Assembly: GCF_006345805.1 (NCBI RefSeq)
Contig: NW_021836138.1
Coordinates: forward strand, 1 to 64,000
Reading direction: 5' to 3'
Origin: Octopus sinensis
Lineage: Eukaryota
DNA: 64,000 bases
In this document: piece after piece, positions 36,864 to 50,385 of the stretch
Layout of the letters: each line of letters opens with the position of its first letter
Position numbering within the stretch: the stretch's first letter is position 1
Translations under genes and position numbers: made by a program
Notes under the pieces: generated by a model
Seen by the model: the letters and a program-made list of their open reading frames with translations, nothing else
What the model was told of the DNA's origin: nothing
Database searches by the model: none

Positions 36864-36922
36864 GATGATGATGAAGAGGAGGAGGAGGAGGAGGATGGCA
36901 ATGATGATGATGATGTTGATGT
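36493..36922. repeat. (GAT/GAC)n trinucleotide array contiguous with the retroposon tail
   Basis: Direct reading; source of the poly-D, poly-M, poly-S, poly-H and poly-I ORFs. Confidence 0.95.
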
Positions 36923-37384
36923 ATAATTCCAACAATACACATGATAGATTACACCGGCACCAATACTGCCATTGCCCACACACACTCTATACAATCACAA
37001 GACTCTTCCGAAATCCTACCCATTAGTCATTATTAATATTATGTCCAATAATAACAGTGATAATGATGAAGATTATGTTTGCCTAAGAAACAAATGAGTG
37101 TAACACAGACAAGCCTACCATTTGCCTTGTCTTCACTTTTCTTCCTTCCCCAGTTCAAATTCTTCATATAGCACACTACTGTTCATTCATAATCCCCACC
37201 ACCACCACCATTCCCATCATCATAGTCACCCCGGCCATCATCATCATCATCATCAGCATCCTCACAAACATCATGACCAATACTGTAAACCACTGCCATG
37301 ATTGTTATCAGAAATTATGGGAATCATTATTATTATTATTATGTACATAACTCACTTCGTATGGGCAATGTAATTCTTCATCTT

Positions 37385-38110
37385 ACTCATCCTCCCTCCT
37401 CCCTCCTCCTCCTCATCATCATCAGCAAAACCACTATGGCAACCACCACCATCACTGCTACCGCGACCACCACAACCTCCACATTCATCATCATCATCAT
37501 TATCAAAACCACTATGGCCACCGCCACCGCCACCACCACCAATATCACCACCACCACCACCACCACCTCCGCAACCACAACAACCTCCACAATCATCATC
37601 ATCATCATCATCATCCTCATCAAAACCACTATGGCCACCACCACCACCATCACTACCACCACCAACACCACCAATACCACCACCACCACCACCGCAACCA
37701 CCACAACTTCCACAATCATCATCATCATCATCATCAAAACCACTATGGCCACCGCCAACACCACCAATATCACCACCACCACCACAACAACAACCACCAC
37801 CACCGCAACCACCACCACCACCACTGCAACCACCACAACCTCCACAATCACCATCATCATCATCATCATCATCATCATCCTCATCAAAACCACTATAGCC
37901 ACCACCACCATCACTACCACCACCAACACCACCAATACCACCACCACCACAACTTCCACAATCATCATCATCATCATCATCAAAACCACTATGGCCACCA
38001 CCAACACCACCAATATCACCACCACCACCACCATTACCACCACAACAACAACCACAACCTCCACAATCACCATCATTATCTTCATCATCATCATCATCAT
38101 CATCAGCATC
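37385..38110. repeat. (CAC)/(CAT) trinucleotide array with higher-order units anchored by AAAACCACTAT(G/A)GC
   Basis: The anchor occurs six times (~37428, 37505, 37622, 37737, 37887, 37982). Confidence 0.9.
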
Positions 38111-38456
38111 AGCACCAGCCCCATTTTCGTCATTGTCATCAAGATTGTTTACTAATAATGTCTGGTTTTGATGTTTGTTCAATTTGATGGTTGTCAGTGT
38201 AGTTTATTGTTTGTATGGAGGGTGTTGCCGGTATTGGTCGTTGTGTTTTGGTGGCTTGTTTGCTTCTATCTAACAACCAATGACGTTGTAGCCATTATTT
38301 ATTGTTCTAGACAGTGCTCAGGGCCAAAAACTAGTCAGAAATCCTTCTGATGAACTAATTTGACAAATAATAGTAACTCATCAACTTGTTTTTATTTTTC
38401 TGTTTCTTCGGATTCCTTGCTTTATTTCCTTTTGTGTGTATGTACATGTAAAACTA

Positions 38457-38495
<39 letters not shown>

Positions 38496-38508
38496 ATATA
38501 TATATATA

Positions 38509-38551
<43 letters not shown>

Positions 38552-38585
38552 TATACACACACATATATATACATTTATATTTATG

Positions 38586-38633
<48 letters not shown>

Positions 38634-38665
38634 CATATATATATATGTATATATAGATACATATA

Positions 38666-38700
<35 letters not shown>

Positions 38701-38701
38701 C

Positions 38702-38745
<44 letters not shown>

Positions 38746-38864
38746 TTTATCTTGTATTATTTTCAGACATTAGACTGTGGCCATGCCTTGAACTTTTAGT
38801 CAAATGAATCAACTCCAGTAATTCTTTTTGTTTATAATATATACATACATACATACATCATCAT

Positions 38865-39200
38865 CATCATCATCGGCATCATCATTATCGTTTAACGTCT
38901 GCTTTCCATGCTGGCATGGGTTGGACGGTTTGACTGAGGACTGGTGAGCCAGAGGCTACACCAGGCTCAATCTGGTCTGGCAAGTTTCTACAGCTGGATG
39001 CCCTTCCTAATGCCAACCACTCTGAGAGTATAGTGGATTCCTTTTACATGCCACCAGCACATGGGCGAGTCAGGTGGTTCTAGCAACAACCATGCTCATG
39101 ATCAAAAGGTGTTTTTGCGTGCTACCTGCACGGGAGCCAGTCTGGCAACACTGGCAACAATCACACTCGAATGTTGTTTTCCATGTGCCACTGGCACATG
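38865..39200 (-). mobile_element. RTE-type retroposon 3' end
   Basis: (CAT)n GTTTAACGTCTGCTTTCCATGCTGGCATGGGTTGGACG..CTACAGCTGGATGCCCTTCC. Confidence 0.85.
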
Positions 39201-39904
39201 CACCACAAATCCACTCCTGCATTTATAAATACATACACACACACACACACACATATATATATACACAGAGAAAAAGAAAGAGAGAATGTGAAGTATTGAT
39301 CACAAAAATGTATGACTTGGGAAGCATGTAGCATCCTTTCACTAATTTTAGGTACCTATGTTATCACACATAGAAACTCCCTCAGCTCTTCTACCATTTG
39401 ATCCTGCATTTGTCCCAGGATGTGATAACTGGAACCAGAGAGACTATTGCACCAGCACTTGAATGGTGCACACCTACAGCTGAGTAGACTGAAGCAAATA
39501 TGCAATGCTTTACTCAAAGATGCAACATGCTGCTTGATTCAGGAATTGAACCCATGACAATACTGTTGTGAGCCGAACCCCCCCAGACCAACAGGTAACA
39601 CTCACACTTTCACATATATGCATTTGTATGTATGTATGTTTGTACAGATGGATGACCGGATGGTTGGATGCATGCATGTATGTACATATTATTGTGCTCA
39701 AAGTGCAGCATTGTATGGCAGTGAAATATGAGCATTGAATAGAGAGATGTGTTAAGACAAGATTGGAGAGAATTGAAGTAAGCATGCCCCACTTTAACAT
39801 TAGAGTGAATTAATGGCAAGGCACAGACAAGTTAAGAGGAAAACTGTGTAAAGGAGAAATCAGATGTAGTGTGCAAGAGAGACGACTGCTTTAATACCAT
39901 GACA

Positions 39905-40710
39905 GAAATGCATATATACATACGTATATACGTACAAATGCACATACAAATATACATACATACATACATACATACATACATACATACATGCATACACACA
40001 CATATATATATGCATACATACATGCATACACACATACATTTATACAGTCATCCATCCATGCATATATACACATATACAAACATGCATACATACATACAAA
40101 CATTCATACATACATACATATACATACATACACACATACATACATGCATACATACATACATATATATACATACATACATGCATACATATGTACAAGCATT
40201 CATGCATGCATATATACATACGTACATACAAATATACGTACATATATACATACATACATGCATACACACATGTATACATACATGCATACACACATACATT
40301 CATATATTCATCCATACATACATATATACATACATACAAACATTCATACATACATACATATATATACATACATACAAACATGCATACATACATACATACA
40401 AACATTCATACATACATATATATATACACATATATATATATATACATGCATACAAATATGCATATATACATACAAACATTCATGCATGCATACATACATA
40501 CATACATACAAACATTCATGCATACATACATACATACATAGATACATATATACATACATACATACATACATACATACATACATACATACATACAACATAC
40601 ATACATACATACACACATACAGACATGCATACATACATACATACATACATACATACATACATACATACATACATACATACATACATACATACATGCATGC
40701 ATACATTCTT
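39905..40710. repeat. (TACA)n-based tetranucleotide array
   Basis: Direct reading. Confidence 0.95.
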
Positions 40711-41029
40711 ACATACCTTTGCATTATAAATTTGTAAGCGATCTGTGTGTGCCCTTTTGGAAATGAATGGAAATGGTTTGTAATGCATAGTGGCAAAGGT
40801 GAAGAAAGAGATGGAGATAAGGAAAGAAAAGGGTATAATGGAGAAAGAGAAGAAAAGTGTGTTATATATTTCGGGGGGGGGGGGGGGGAGAAAATTAAAG
40901 GATGATAAAGAGGATTGATGAAGGAGAAAGAAAGTGAGAGAAGATGATGGAGTGAAGTCAACAGATTAAATTCCACACATGCAAACATACTCATATATAT
41001 ACAAATACACCTGACAGTAGATTATGTTC

Positions 41030-41103
41030 TAAACACACACACACACACACACAACAGACACAGACACACACACACACACACAAATACACACACGCACACA
41101 CAG

Positions 41104-41154
<51 letters not shown>

Positions 41155-41415
41155 CACAGACAACACACACACACATACACACAGCAACACACACACACAC
41201 ACACACTCACACACACACACACACTCACACACACACACACTCACACATACATACACACACACACACACTCACACACACACACACAGACAACACACACACC
41301 ACACACACAGACACACACAGACACACACAGACAACACACACACACAGACACACTCACACACACACACACACTCACACACACAGGCACACACACACACACA
41401 CACACACACAAACTC
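41030..41415. repeat. (CA)n array
   Basis: Direct reading. Confidence 0.95.
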
Positions 41416-41784
41416 AAGTGTACATACACACAAACTGACACATACACAAAAAGTGATGCATTTACACACACACATACAAATTCTTGCAAATACGAAAATA
41501 TATACATCAGTGAACAGGCTACCTTTCACAAACAAATATACAGGAATATATATACATCTATCAACACACAGTAATGCATGCCAATTTCAAAACTATTTCT
41601 ATCTGTCTCTCGCAACACCCCAGACAACTGATGTTTATAGTGAAGGACACTCACCCAAAGTAGCATGCAGTGAGATTGAACCTAGACCCAAGTGATTATG
41701 TATATAACTGAAGTGATATCTGAGAGAATGGAGTTGTTTCAGAAACGAATATTCTAGACTGCACCATTGTAAATCTTCACTCGT

Positions 41785-42095
41785 GGAGGCTCATGGCCCA
41801 GTGGTTAGAGCAGTGGACTCACGGTCGAGAGATCGCTGGTTCAAATCTCAGACCGGGTGATCTGTGTGTTTATGAGCGAAACACCTAAGCTCCACACGGC
41901 TCTGGCAGAAGGTAATAGCAAACTTCTGCTGACTCTTTCGCCACAACTCTCTCTCACTCTTTTCTCCTCCTGCATCTTGCAGCTCACCTGCGACAGACTG
42001 GCATGCCGTCCAGGTGGGGAACCTATATGCCAAGGAAACCAGGAGACCGACCCTTATGAGCCAGGCGTGGCTCGAGAAGGAACAAACATTGTAAA
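41785..42095 (+). mobile_element. tRNA-derived SINE (GGAGGCTCATGGCCCAGTGG head)
   Basis: Head as at 27268, with a related tail. Confidence 0.8.
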
Positions 42096-42304
42096 CCTTC
42101 ACTCGCTAATACACTACAAGAACATACACCTGAACCAATGAGAGAGCATTAACAGACTTAACATGTGAGAAATAGCAACCAAATTTCCCTGAAGTTATCC
42201 CCTGCCATCTTAAAAAGTGAGCTTATCCAATAACGTAGGCCTAGATAGACAATTAAAAGAAATGTTATGGTGTTCAATGCTACGGTGTTCAATGCTACGG
42301 TGTT

Positions 42305-42540
42305 CATAGGTGGCGAGCTGGCAGAAACGTTAGCACACCGGGCGAAATGCGTCACCGTATTTTATCTGCCGTTACGTTCTGAGTTCAAATTTTGCCGAGG
42401 TCGACTTTGCCTTTCATCCTTTCAGGGTTGATAAATTAAGGACCAGTTACACACTGGGGTCGATACAATTGACTTAATCCGTTTGTCTGTCCTTGTTTGT
42501 CCCCTCTGTGTTTAGCCCCTTGTGGGTAGAAAAAGAAATA
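42305..42540 (+). mobile_element. tRNA-derived SINE (14314 family)
   Basis: AGGTGGCGAGCTGGCAGAAACGTTAG..AGCCCCTTGTGGGTAG. Confidence 0.9.
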
Positions 42541-43166
42541 TATTTGGTCATAGACAGATCTGCTTGATCAGGACTAACCAGAGGCTAAACAATGACAGCA
42601 GTAGCTATGCATACACTGATTTGTCCTATTCTCATTCTGTCTGTTCTATGCCTACAATAACAATTACAATTCCTCTGTGTTAATAAGTACCATACCATCC
42701 CAATATACCCACCACCCATTTCCTGTTTCCTCTTCTGTGTTTCACCTCTAAAATACTGCACTAAATGCTTTTTCGTATCATTTCTCCAGCACTCTCTCAC
42801 TTCTTCTTTACTTGCATTATCTTTTCAGTAGAATAGACTGACTCATCAACATATTCATAGCTCCCGCCCACAAATGTACTTTATCATCAGTCTGCCTTAT
42901 TTTTCTTTTTACTGAAACTTTAGTGGCCTCTGCTCCTCAAAGTTTGCTGGTTTTGTACCACCTTCACCCAACTTATTTCTCCCTCCTCTACCTTTCACCC
43001 ATGTTATTCTACTCCTACTTCTCAGGCTATGCACTAATTTCTATATCTAAACCTTCTTCCTCAAAATGTCATCTCCTTCTAGAATTTTCCCTCTGCCCAT
43101 GTTCTTTCCTACAATCATTGAATTGCAGTGGTTGAGGAACATCAGTCATCCCACACCAGTCTTGAA

Positions 43167-43510
43167 AAATCTACAGAGGCTGTGGACAGGACTCATTTCT
43201 TTAGACAAGCCCATTAAAACCTATATAAAATTACAGAATCCAAAATAAATTCCTCTCTGGCAGTATCTGCCAAGGTTACAGGCACTGTTCATCATTCCCA
43301 CACAAAATGATAATGATGTATCAATTGATAACCTAAAGAATCTACAGAGGCTGTGGACAGGACTCATTTCTTTAGACCAGCCCATTAAAACATATATAAA
43401 ATTACAAAATTCAAAATAAACTCCTCTCTGGCAGTATCTGCCAAGGTTACAGGCACAGTCCATCATTCCCAGGCAAAATAATAATGATGTAACAATTGAT
43501 AACCTAAGAA
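43167..43510. repeat. 171-bp tandem duplication (2 copies)
   Basis: CTACAGAGGCTGTGGACAGGACTCATTTC at 43171 and 43342; the following sequence also matches. Confidence 0.9.
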
Positions 43511-44469
43511 AATCATACAAGGTGAAGCCAGTAAACAATTCCTTATGCTACTTGAATTTCTTGAATTTATTTCAGTATATACAAACTACCAGTTCGGAGA
43601 GGTTTGCATTTGTACCAGGATCTTACTTTCTGCTTGGGTTATCAACGTATTGCTTTCCTGATTGCTTTCTATTCAATTCATCAGATTTGACACTAAAACT
43701 AGCCTGAAGGAGAGTCTATGAACTCTATAGATTGAGTGCTATATAATACTTTTCCTGAGATGTAACCTTTTCAGGATCTACTTAGTCCTTTCAACAAGCT
43801 GGAAATTTTATAAGAAAATACAACAACTATATAAAACAATATATCTACAGTCATTTGTTCACAGGAAAAAGAAAATTCCAAAAACATTGAAGCAAGCAGA
43901 TAAGTAAAAGGTTTTAGCTATAGGAAAATAGATTATTTTTCATTGACTTTCATTATTTTGTGATAACCAAATATGGAAGTCTTACTAAGGGAAATGTTTC
44001 TGTCAGTTGTCATGATTGATTGACATTTTGTGTTTTCTCTTTTCAAAATCAATGTATCCACTTTGGAATGAGCAGATTATTGGTTAATCTCATAGAATTC
44101 ATCATCATTTACATCTATCTTACATCAGAAATATGTTGAATCCTGCTGCAAAGAAAATGTGGTCTCCTTATATTCTCTAAACAAGAAAGTAGGAAATATA
44201 TAGTATAAGACAATTGGCTTTTATAGATAAATGTGATATAATTCGGAATTGTATTCATCATCCATATTATCTATATCCTCACTTCCACCTCACAATACTA
44301 CCAACACTACCCAGTTCATAACCCTTATTATTATCATCAGCATGAAGAGCACTAACGTGAGATTTATCTCGTTTGTTATAAACAGTACTATCAATAGCAT
44401 TATGGTCAGGTGAAACAGGCTAAGAAATTGAAGCTTCTTTCTCAAAACTAACTATAAACAAAGTATCAT

Positions 44470-46115
44470 GATCATCATCATCATCATCATTTAGCGTCCG
44501 TTTTCCATGCTAGCATGGGTTGGACGGTTCAACTGGGGTCTGGGGAGCCCGAAGGCTGCACCAGGCCAGTCAGATCTGGCAGTGTTTCTACAGCTGGATG
44601 CCCTTCCTAACGCCAACCACTCCGAGAGTGTAGTGGGTGATTTTATGTGCCACCGACACAGGTGCCAGACGAGGCTGGCGAACGGCCACGCTCGGATGGT
44701 GTTTTTATGTGCCACCGACACAGGTGCCAGACGAGGCTGGCAGACGGCCACGCTCGGATGTGTTTTTATGTGCCACCGACACAGGTGCCAGATGAGGCTG
44801 GCGGACGGCCACGATCGGATGGTGTTTGTTACGTCCCCAAAGCACGGAGGCCAGTCTATGCGGTACTGGCTACGGCCACGTTCGGATGATTTTCTTGTGT
44901 GCCACCGGCACTGGTACCACAAAGATACAAATTCCATTTATGTTCATCTATTTTGATTTGTTTTGATTTGATTTGATTTGATTTGATTTTCACTTGCCTC
45001 AACAGGTCTTCACAAGTGTCACAAGAAGGAAGGTGTGCATAGGTGGACTGTCTACGTCGCCGGTCTTCGGATGTGTCTTTATGTGCCCCGACACAGGTGC
45101 CAGATGTGGCTGGCGAACGGCCACGATCGGATGGTTTTCTTGTGTGCCACCGGTACTGGAACCACAAAGATACAAATTCCATTGATGTTCATCTATTTTG
45201 ATTTGGTTTGATTTCACTTGCCTCAACAGGTCTTCACAAGTGTCACGCGTGTCACACACTTGCCTCAACAGGTCTCCACAAGTGTCACACACTTGCCTCT
45301 GCCTCAACAGGTCTTCACAAGTGTCACACACTTGCCTCTGCCTCAACAGGTCTTCACAAGTGTCATAAGAGGGAAGGTAAGCACAGGTGGACTGACTACG
45401 TCGCCGGGTCTTTGGATATTGGTGGTGTTTTTATGTGCCACTGACACAGGTGCCAGGTGAGGCTGGCGAACGGCCACGATCAGATGGTGTTTGTTGTGCC
45501 CACAGCACGGAGGCCAGTCGACGGCCACGTTCGGATGTTTTCTTGTGTGCCACCGGTACTGGAACCACAAAGATACAAATTCCATTGATATTCATCTATT
45601 TTGATTTGGTTTGATTTTCACTTGCCTCAACAGGTCTTCACAAGGTCACACCTTGCCTCAACAGGTCTCCACAAGTGTCACACACTTGCCTCTGCCTCAA
45701 CAGGTCTTCACAAGTGTCACACACTTGCTCAACAGGTCTTCACAAGTGTCATAAGAGGGAAGGTATGCACAGGTGGACTGACTACGTCGCCGGTCTTCGG
45801 ATGGTGTCTTTATGTGCCACCGGCACAGGTGCCAGATGAGGCTGGCGAACGGCCACGATCGGATGGTGTGTGTTGTGCCCACAGCACGGAGGCCAGTCGA
45901 TGCGGTACTGGTTACGGCCACGTTTGGGTGGTTTTCTTGTGTGCCACCGGCACTGGTACCACAAAGAATACAATTCCACTGATGTTCATCTATTTTGATT
46001 TGTTTTGATTTGATTTGATTTTCACTTGCCTCAACAGGTCTTCATAAGTGTCACAAGAAGGAAGGTATGCACAGGACTGACTACGTCCCCGGTCGGGGCC
46101 ACGGGTTATGGCCTG
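44470..46115 (-). mobile_element. RTE-type retroposon 3' region expanded by nested tandem duplications
   Basis: Tail at 44470-44640. A ~60-bp unit ATGTGCCACCGACACAGGTGCCAG.. is repeated. A block AAAGATACAAATTCCAT..CACTTGCCTCAACAGGTC recurs at ~44920, 45165, 45568 and 45962. Confidence 0.8.
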
Positions 46116-46120
46116 ATACA

Positions 46121-46511
46121 CTTTTACTCTTTTACTTGTTTCAGACATTTGACTGTGGCCATGCTGGAGCACCGCTTTTAGTCGAGCAAATCGACCCCAA
46201 GACTTATTCTTTGTAAGCCTAGTACTTATTCTATTGGTCTCTTTTGCCGAACTGCTAAGTTACGGGGATGTAAACACACCATCATCGGTTGTCAAGTGAT
46301 GTTGGGGGGACAAACACAGACACACACACACATATATATATATACATATATATACGACGGGCTTCTTTCAGTTTCCATCTATCAAATCCACTCACAAGGC
46401 TTTGGTCGGCCTCAGGCTATAGTAGAAGACACCTGCCCAAGATGCCACGCAGTGGGAATGACCGCAGAACCATGTGGTTGGTAAGCAAGCTACTTACCAC
46501 ACAGCCATTCC
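46121..46511 (-). mobile_element. CORE-type SINE
   Basis: Full match to the family at 13451 and 51534. Confidence 0.9.
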
Positions 46512-48499
46512 TATATATATATATATAAATATATATATATTCTCTCATTTTCTACCACATACAATATTCAAGCATATTATATGGGTTATATCATATTTAG
46601 TCATTTCTTTTTCTTATCAATAATGTTACGCTTGCATAAACTATTATTTGTATTGCATTCTAAATTGCTAAAATTCGATCTCTTACTTTTACTTCTTCTT
46701 TATCTTTGTCTTATCTCTAAGTAGTGAACAGCCATCTCTTATGGTTCATTTATATCTATTTGAAATTTACCCTTTTATTATCTAATTTTTGTAAATAAGT
46801 TTTAAAATACATTTAATTCTTTTTAAGCAATATAACTTGTCATACATTAACATTAATTCTCTCTTAGATATTCATATTTATGAAAGAAAACCGTCATCTT
46901 CATCATCATTATGGAGTTCTTTACTTTTTAATGAGAGACCAAGCATGTTTTCATTTGATCTTGTCTAATGCAAACTTTAATAGTTTTGTATAGTAACAAT
47001 TAGTGCTATTATTTATCTAGGCATTCACAACAATACTGGTTTCCTTGGAGATGAATAATAGCTTTTTGTTCAAGTTTTTCCAGACACAATTAGAAGCTGT
47101 TTTTTAAAAATTTTGTGTGAAGTATACATCCTGCTCGATATTAAATACTTGGTCTTGCTTTATCTTATGGAAAGCCTATACTACAAAAAACATTGACTTA
47201 AACACAAAACATAAACAGAAGACATAAAAAACTTGAAGTAGCTTTACCCTTGTTCCCAACTACATACTCTCATTACTTCCAAACAAACTCCTTAGCAAGA
47301 CTAATGAATAATACATAATCTATGTATCATAACTGATACTTCTTACTATTGTAAATCTTCAGAGCACTTTATGTGCATTGTGTTCACTTGAAGTGCTGAA
47401 TTCAATTGCTTCTTTAGAAGTGTAACATGATACAAGTGCTTCCGTGGTATTATCAATAAAATTCTGTAGCACTTACATCCAAATGCTGAGCATAAATGAA
47501 CAGAAATTCTCTGGTACTTAGACCGCATGCTCAAAACTGAGAGAAATTAGAACATCATTTGAAAGATTAGAACTAATCAAAGCTTATACATAAAATGTTA
47601 AAGCTAAATGATGACTTAGTAGTTAATGAATTGTATAGATTATATTAAGCAAAGGTTATTCAGTAACTTAATAGTTCTGTATTTAAATTTAACGTCAGTT
47701 ACGAATGTATATAATGATACTTGGTATAATCCCAAACATTTGGTAAATTATCAATGTGTAACGGGGTTAATAAGTTTTTATTCAACATCAACAAATTAGC
47801 GTCTTTTACCTTTCTTTTTCAAATTTCTGGTCTAGACAATGCATAGGAAGTTCAGATCTTGGTATACATAATAGGACTAATGAACACGAGAAGCATGCCA
47901 AGTTCACTTTGTCAAATGCTCTGTGTAACTATTTATTTAATGAAAGTTAGCTGCCAAACTAATCCATGTATACTATAAGTCTCCAAACTTGTGGTCAAGA
48001 AAGTAACTGTAAATTTTAATCGTATATCAGTTTTGCCATTCAGGAATAGGAGCATAGTAAAATTTATAAAAGCTTGCCAAATGTCAAAATGAAATCAAGG
48101 AATGTATCAGAATAAATGTACAAATAGCAAATAAATATTTTTTTTACATTAAATCTTAGAATTTAAAATGTTGACTTCCACTTCTGAATATGCCTAAAAT
48201 ATTTAACAAGCCATAATAGCATGTTAGGTAAACGACTCCAGTTAATCACTGGGGTTGATGTAATTGACTTAATCCCTTTGTTTGTTCCCTCTATGTTCAC
48301 CTCCTGTGCATAATAAAGTAATATATGTATATGTATGTATATATATATAAAAATATGCCTATATACATACATATATATACATATATGGTATTAAGAAGGG
48401 CATCCAGTAATAGAAACTGTGCAAACACAAATAGTGGAACTTGGAGCAGTCCTGTGGCTTGCCTGCTTCTATTTGTGAATCCTATACCCTTTCTATCTC

Positions 48500-48702
48500 T
48501 AGGCACAAGGCCCAAAATTTTTGGGAAAGGAGCCAGTCAGTTAGATCAACCCAAGTACACAACTGGTACTTATTTTATGGACCCTGAAAGGATGAAAGGC
48601 AAAGTTGACCTTTGCGGAGTTTGAACTCAGAACATAAAGACAGACGAAATAGCGCTAAGCATTTCACCCAGTGTGCTAACGTTTCTGCTAGCACACTACC
48701 TT
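48500..48702 (-). mobile_element. tRNA-derived SINE (14314 family, alternative tail)
   Basis: GAAAGGATGAAAGGCAAAGTTGACC..CTAACGTTTCTGC. Confidence 0.8.
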
Positions 48703-48835
48703 TTGAATAGATAAATATCATATGGCTTATAATTGAACTACAAGGTTATAGATAATGAAATTTGAATTCCCTTATTTCTTGTTCATTTCCTCATCATCAT
48801 CATTTCCATTCCTCATGAAGTTAAACTGAATAATG

Positions 48836-48906
48836 ACATACATACATACATACATACATACATACATACATACATACATACATACATACATACATACATA
48901 CATACA

Positions 48907-48935
<29 letters not shown>
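48836..48935. repeat. Perfect (CATA)n microsatellite
   Basis: Direct reading. Confidence 0.97.
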
Positions 48936-48937
<2 letters not shown>

Positions 48938-48984
48938 GCCCAGCAGATATTAACATAAAGCTGAATAACAGCAAAAAAGAAAAT

Positions 48985-49450
48985 ATCTATGCTGAACTAT
49001 TGAAACATCTACAGTTACTCTGCCCAGATTACAAGTGCCCTGTAATTATTGGGGTACCAGGATATGGAACACACACCCAAAGTATCAATCTGGAGAAATT
49101 AGGCTTCTTAAAAGCAGAAAGGAGAAAGCTGATTCAAAGACTGCAGATCCAAGCCATTAGTAGAACTGTAAAAATCTGTGAAACTTCCCAGAAGTTTATA
49201 ATTTAAGTATATATGTACATGTCTTGACATGCAGCTATATGCATGAGAATACAAGCATAAAAAACACACAAATCTGCACATATACATACATAGATACATA
49301 CATACATACATATATAAAACATACAAAAATACCCGGTTGTTGATGTTGAAATTCCAATAAAGGAGCCTTGGATCTAGGTTAGAAACCAGCTCTTTCTCTA
49401 TTAGTAAGAAATTTTGAAATAAAACTAAATAATGTTATACATACATACAT
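48985..49450 (+). pseudogene. 3' remnant of a restriction-like-endonuclease non-LTR retrotransposon (R4/Dong-like)
   Basis: LQLLCPDYKCPVIIGVPGY..LEKLGF..RKLIQRLQIQAISRTVKIC resembles the P.IIGALG..LQ..A..GT.KI C-terminus (from recall). It ends in AAACTAAATAATGTTATACATACA. Confidence 0.55.
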
Positions 49451-49683
49451 TCATATGTACATTCCTCCTCCTTGCATATGTTCAGTCAGCTGCTAGATGA
49501 AGGCCACAACACGTTCTCTCCACTAACCATGGCTTGATCTTTTCCTCACCCATGTTTGGATGCCGAAGAATTTAACAAAGTATGGGTATGACTGTGAACT
49601 TCATCTCTCTGCCAAGCCATGTTAATCTAGTGTGGAAGAGTAGGTTTATTAAGTGAGTATGACCTAAATATTACAGTATAATG

Positions 49684-49890
49684 TTACTCTCTTTACTCTT
49701 TTACTTGTTTCAGTCATTTGACCGTGGCCATGCTGGAGCACATCCTTTAGTCGAGCAAATCAACCCCAGGATTTATTCTTTGTAAGCCTAGTACTAATTC
49801 TATCAGTCTCTTTTGCCGAACTACTACATTAAGGGGGACGTAAACACACCAGCATCGGTTGTCAAGTGATGTTGGGGGGACAAACACAAG

Positions 49891-49968
<78 letters not shown>

Positions 49969-50385
49969 CACACACATATATAGTTAATCCAAACATGAAC
50001 AAAGTGAACATACAACAACGCAAGGACGTGGAACAAGTGTATTGTTATTGGATGCTCGGGAAAGGAAAGAAAGAAGGAAGATTTAACGTTTTGAGTGGAG
50101 CGCTCTTCATCAGAAACATAGGAAAGGGGAAGGTCCAAGGAAGGGAAGACTGAGAAAGAAAATCGCCAACAGTACACACGTGGTCACATATTGAAATGTG
50201 AAATATATTGAAATATCTATACATATATACAACAAGCTTCTTTCAGTTTCCGCCTACCAAATCCACTCACAAGGCTTTGGTTAGCCCGAGGCTATAGTAG
50301 AAGACACTTGCCCAAGGTATCATGCAGTGGGACTGAACCCGAAACCATGTGGTTGGTAAGCAAGCTACTTACCACACAGCCCCTC
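49684..50385 (-). mobile_element. CORE-type SINE interrupted at its microsatellite by a PLE-type fragment (~49985-50200)
   Basis: SINE halves at 49684-49900 and 50225-50385. The insert carries a minus-strand degenerate hammerhead, CTGATGA AGAGCGCTCCACTC AAAAC GTT (~50082-50113; G12A). Confidence 0.8.

Noticed and set aside
36323-37026. Poly-Asp, poly-His, poly-Met and poly-Ser ORFs
   Set aside because: All derive from one (GAT)n array attached to a retroposon tail.
39869-41535. H/T/Y/I and V/C/M ORFs up to 286 aa (likewise 60595-61361 and 63069-63843)
   Set aside because: They are (TACA)n, (CA)n and (TATG)n microsatellite translations.
47355-47595. Plus-strand RTSFERLELIKAY, resembling the hAT dimerisation motif ERSFSKLKLIK
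   Set aside because: The match is short, with in-frame stops and no other hAT motifs or termini.
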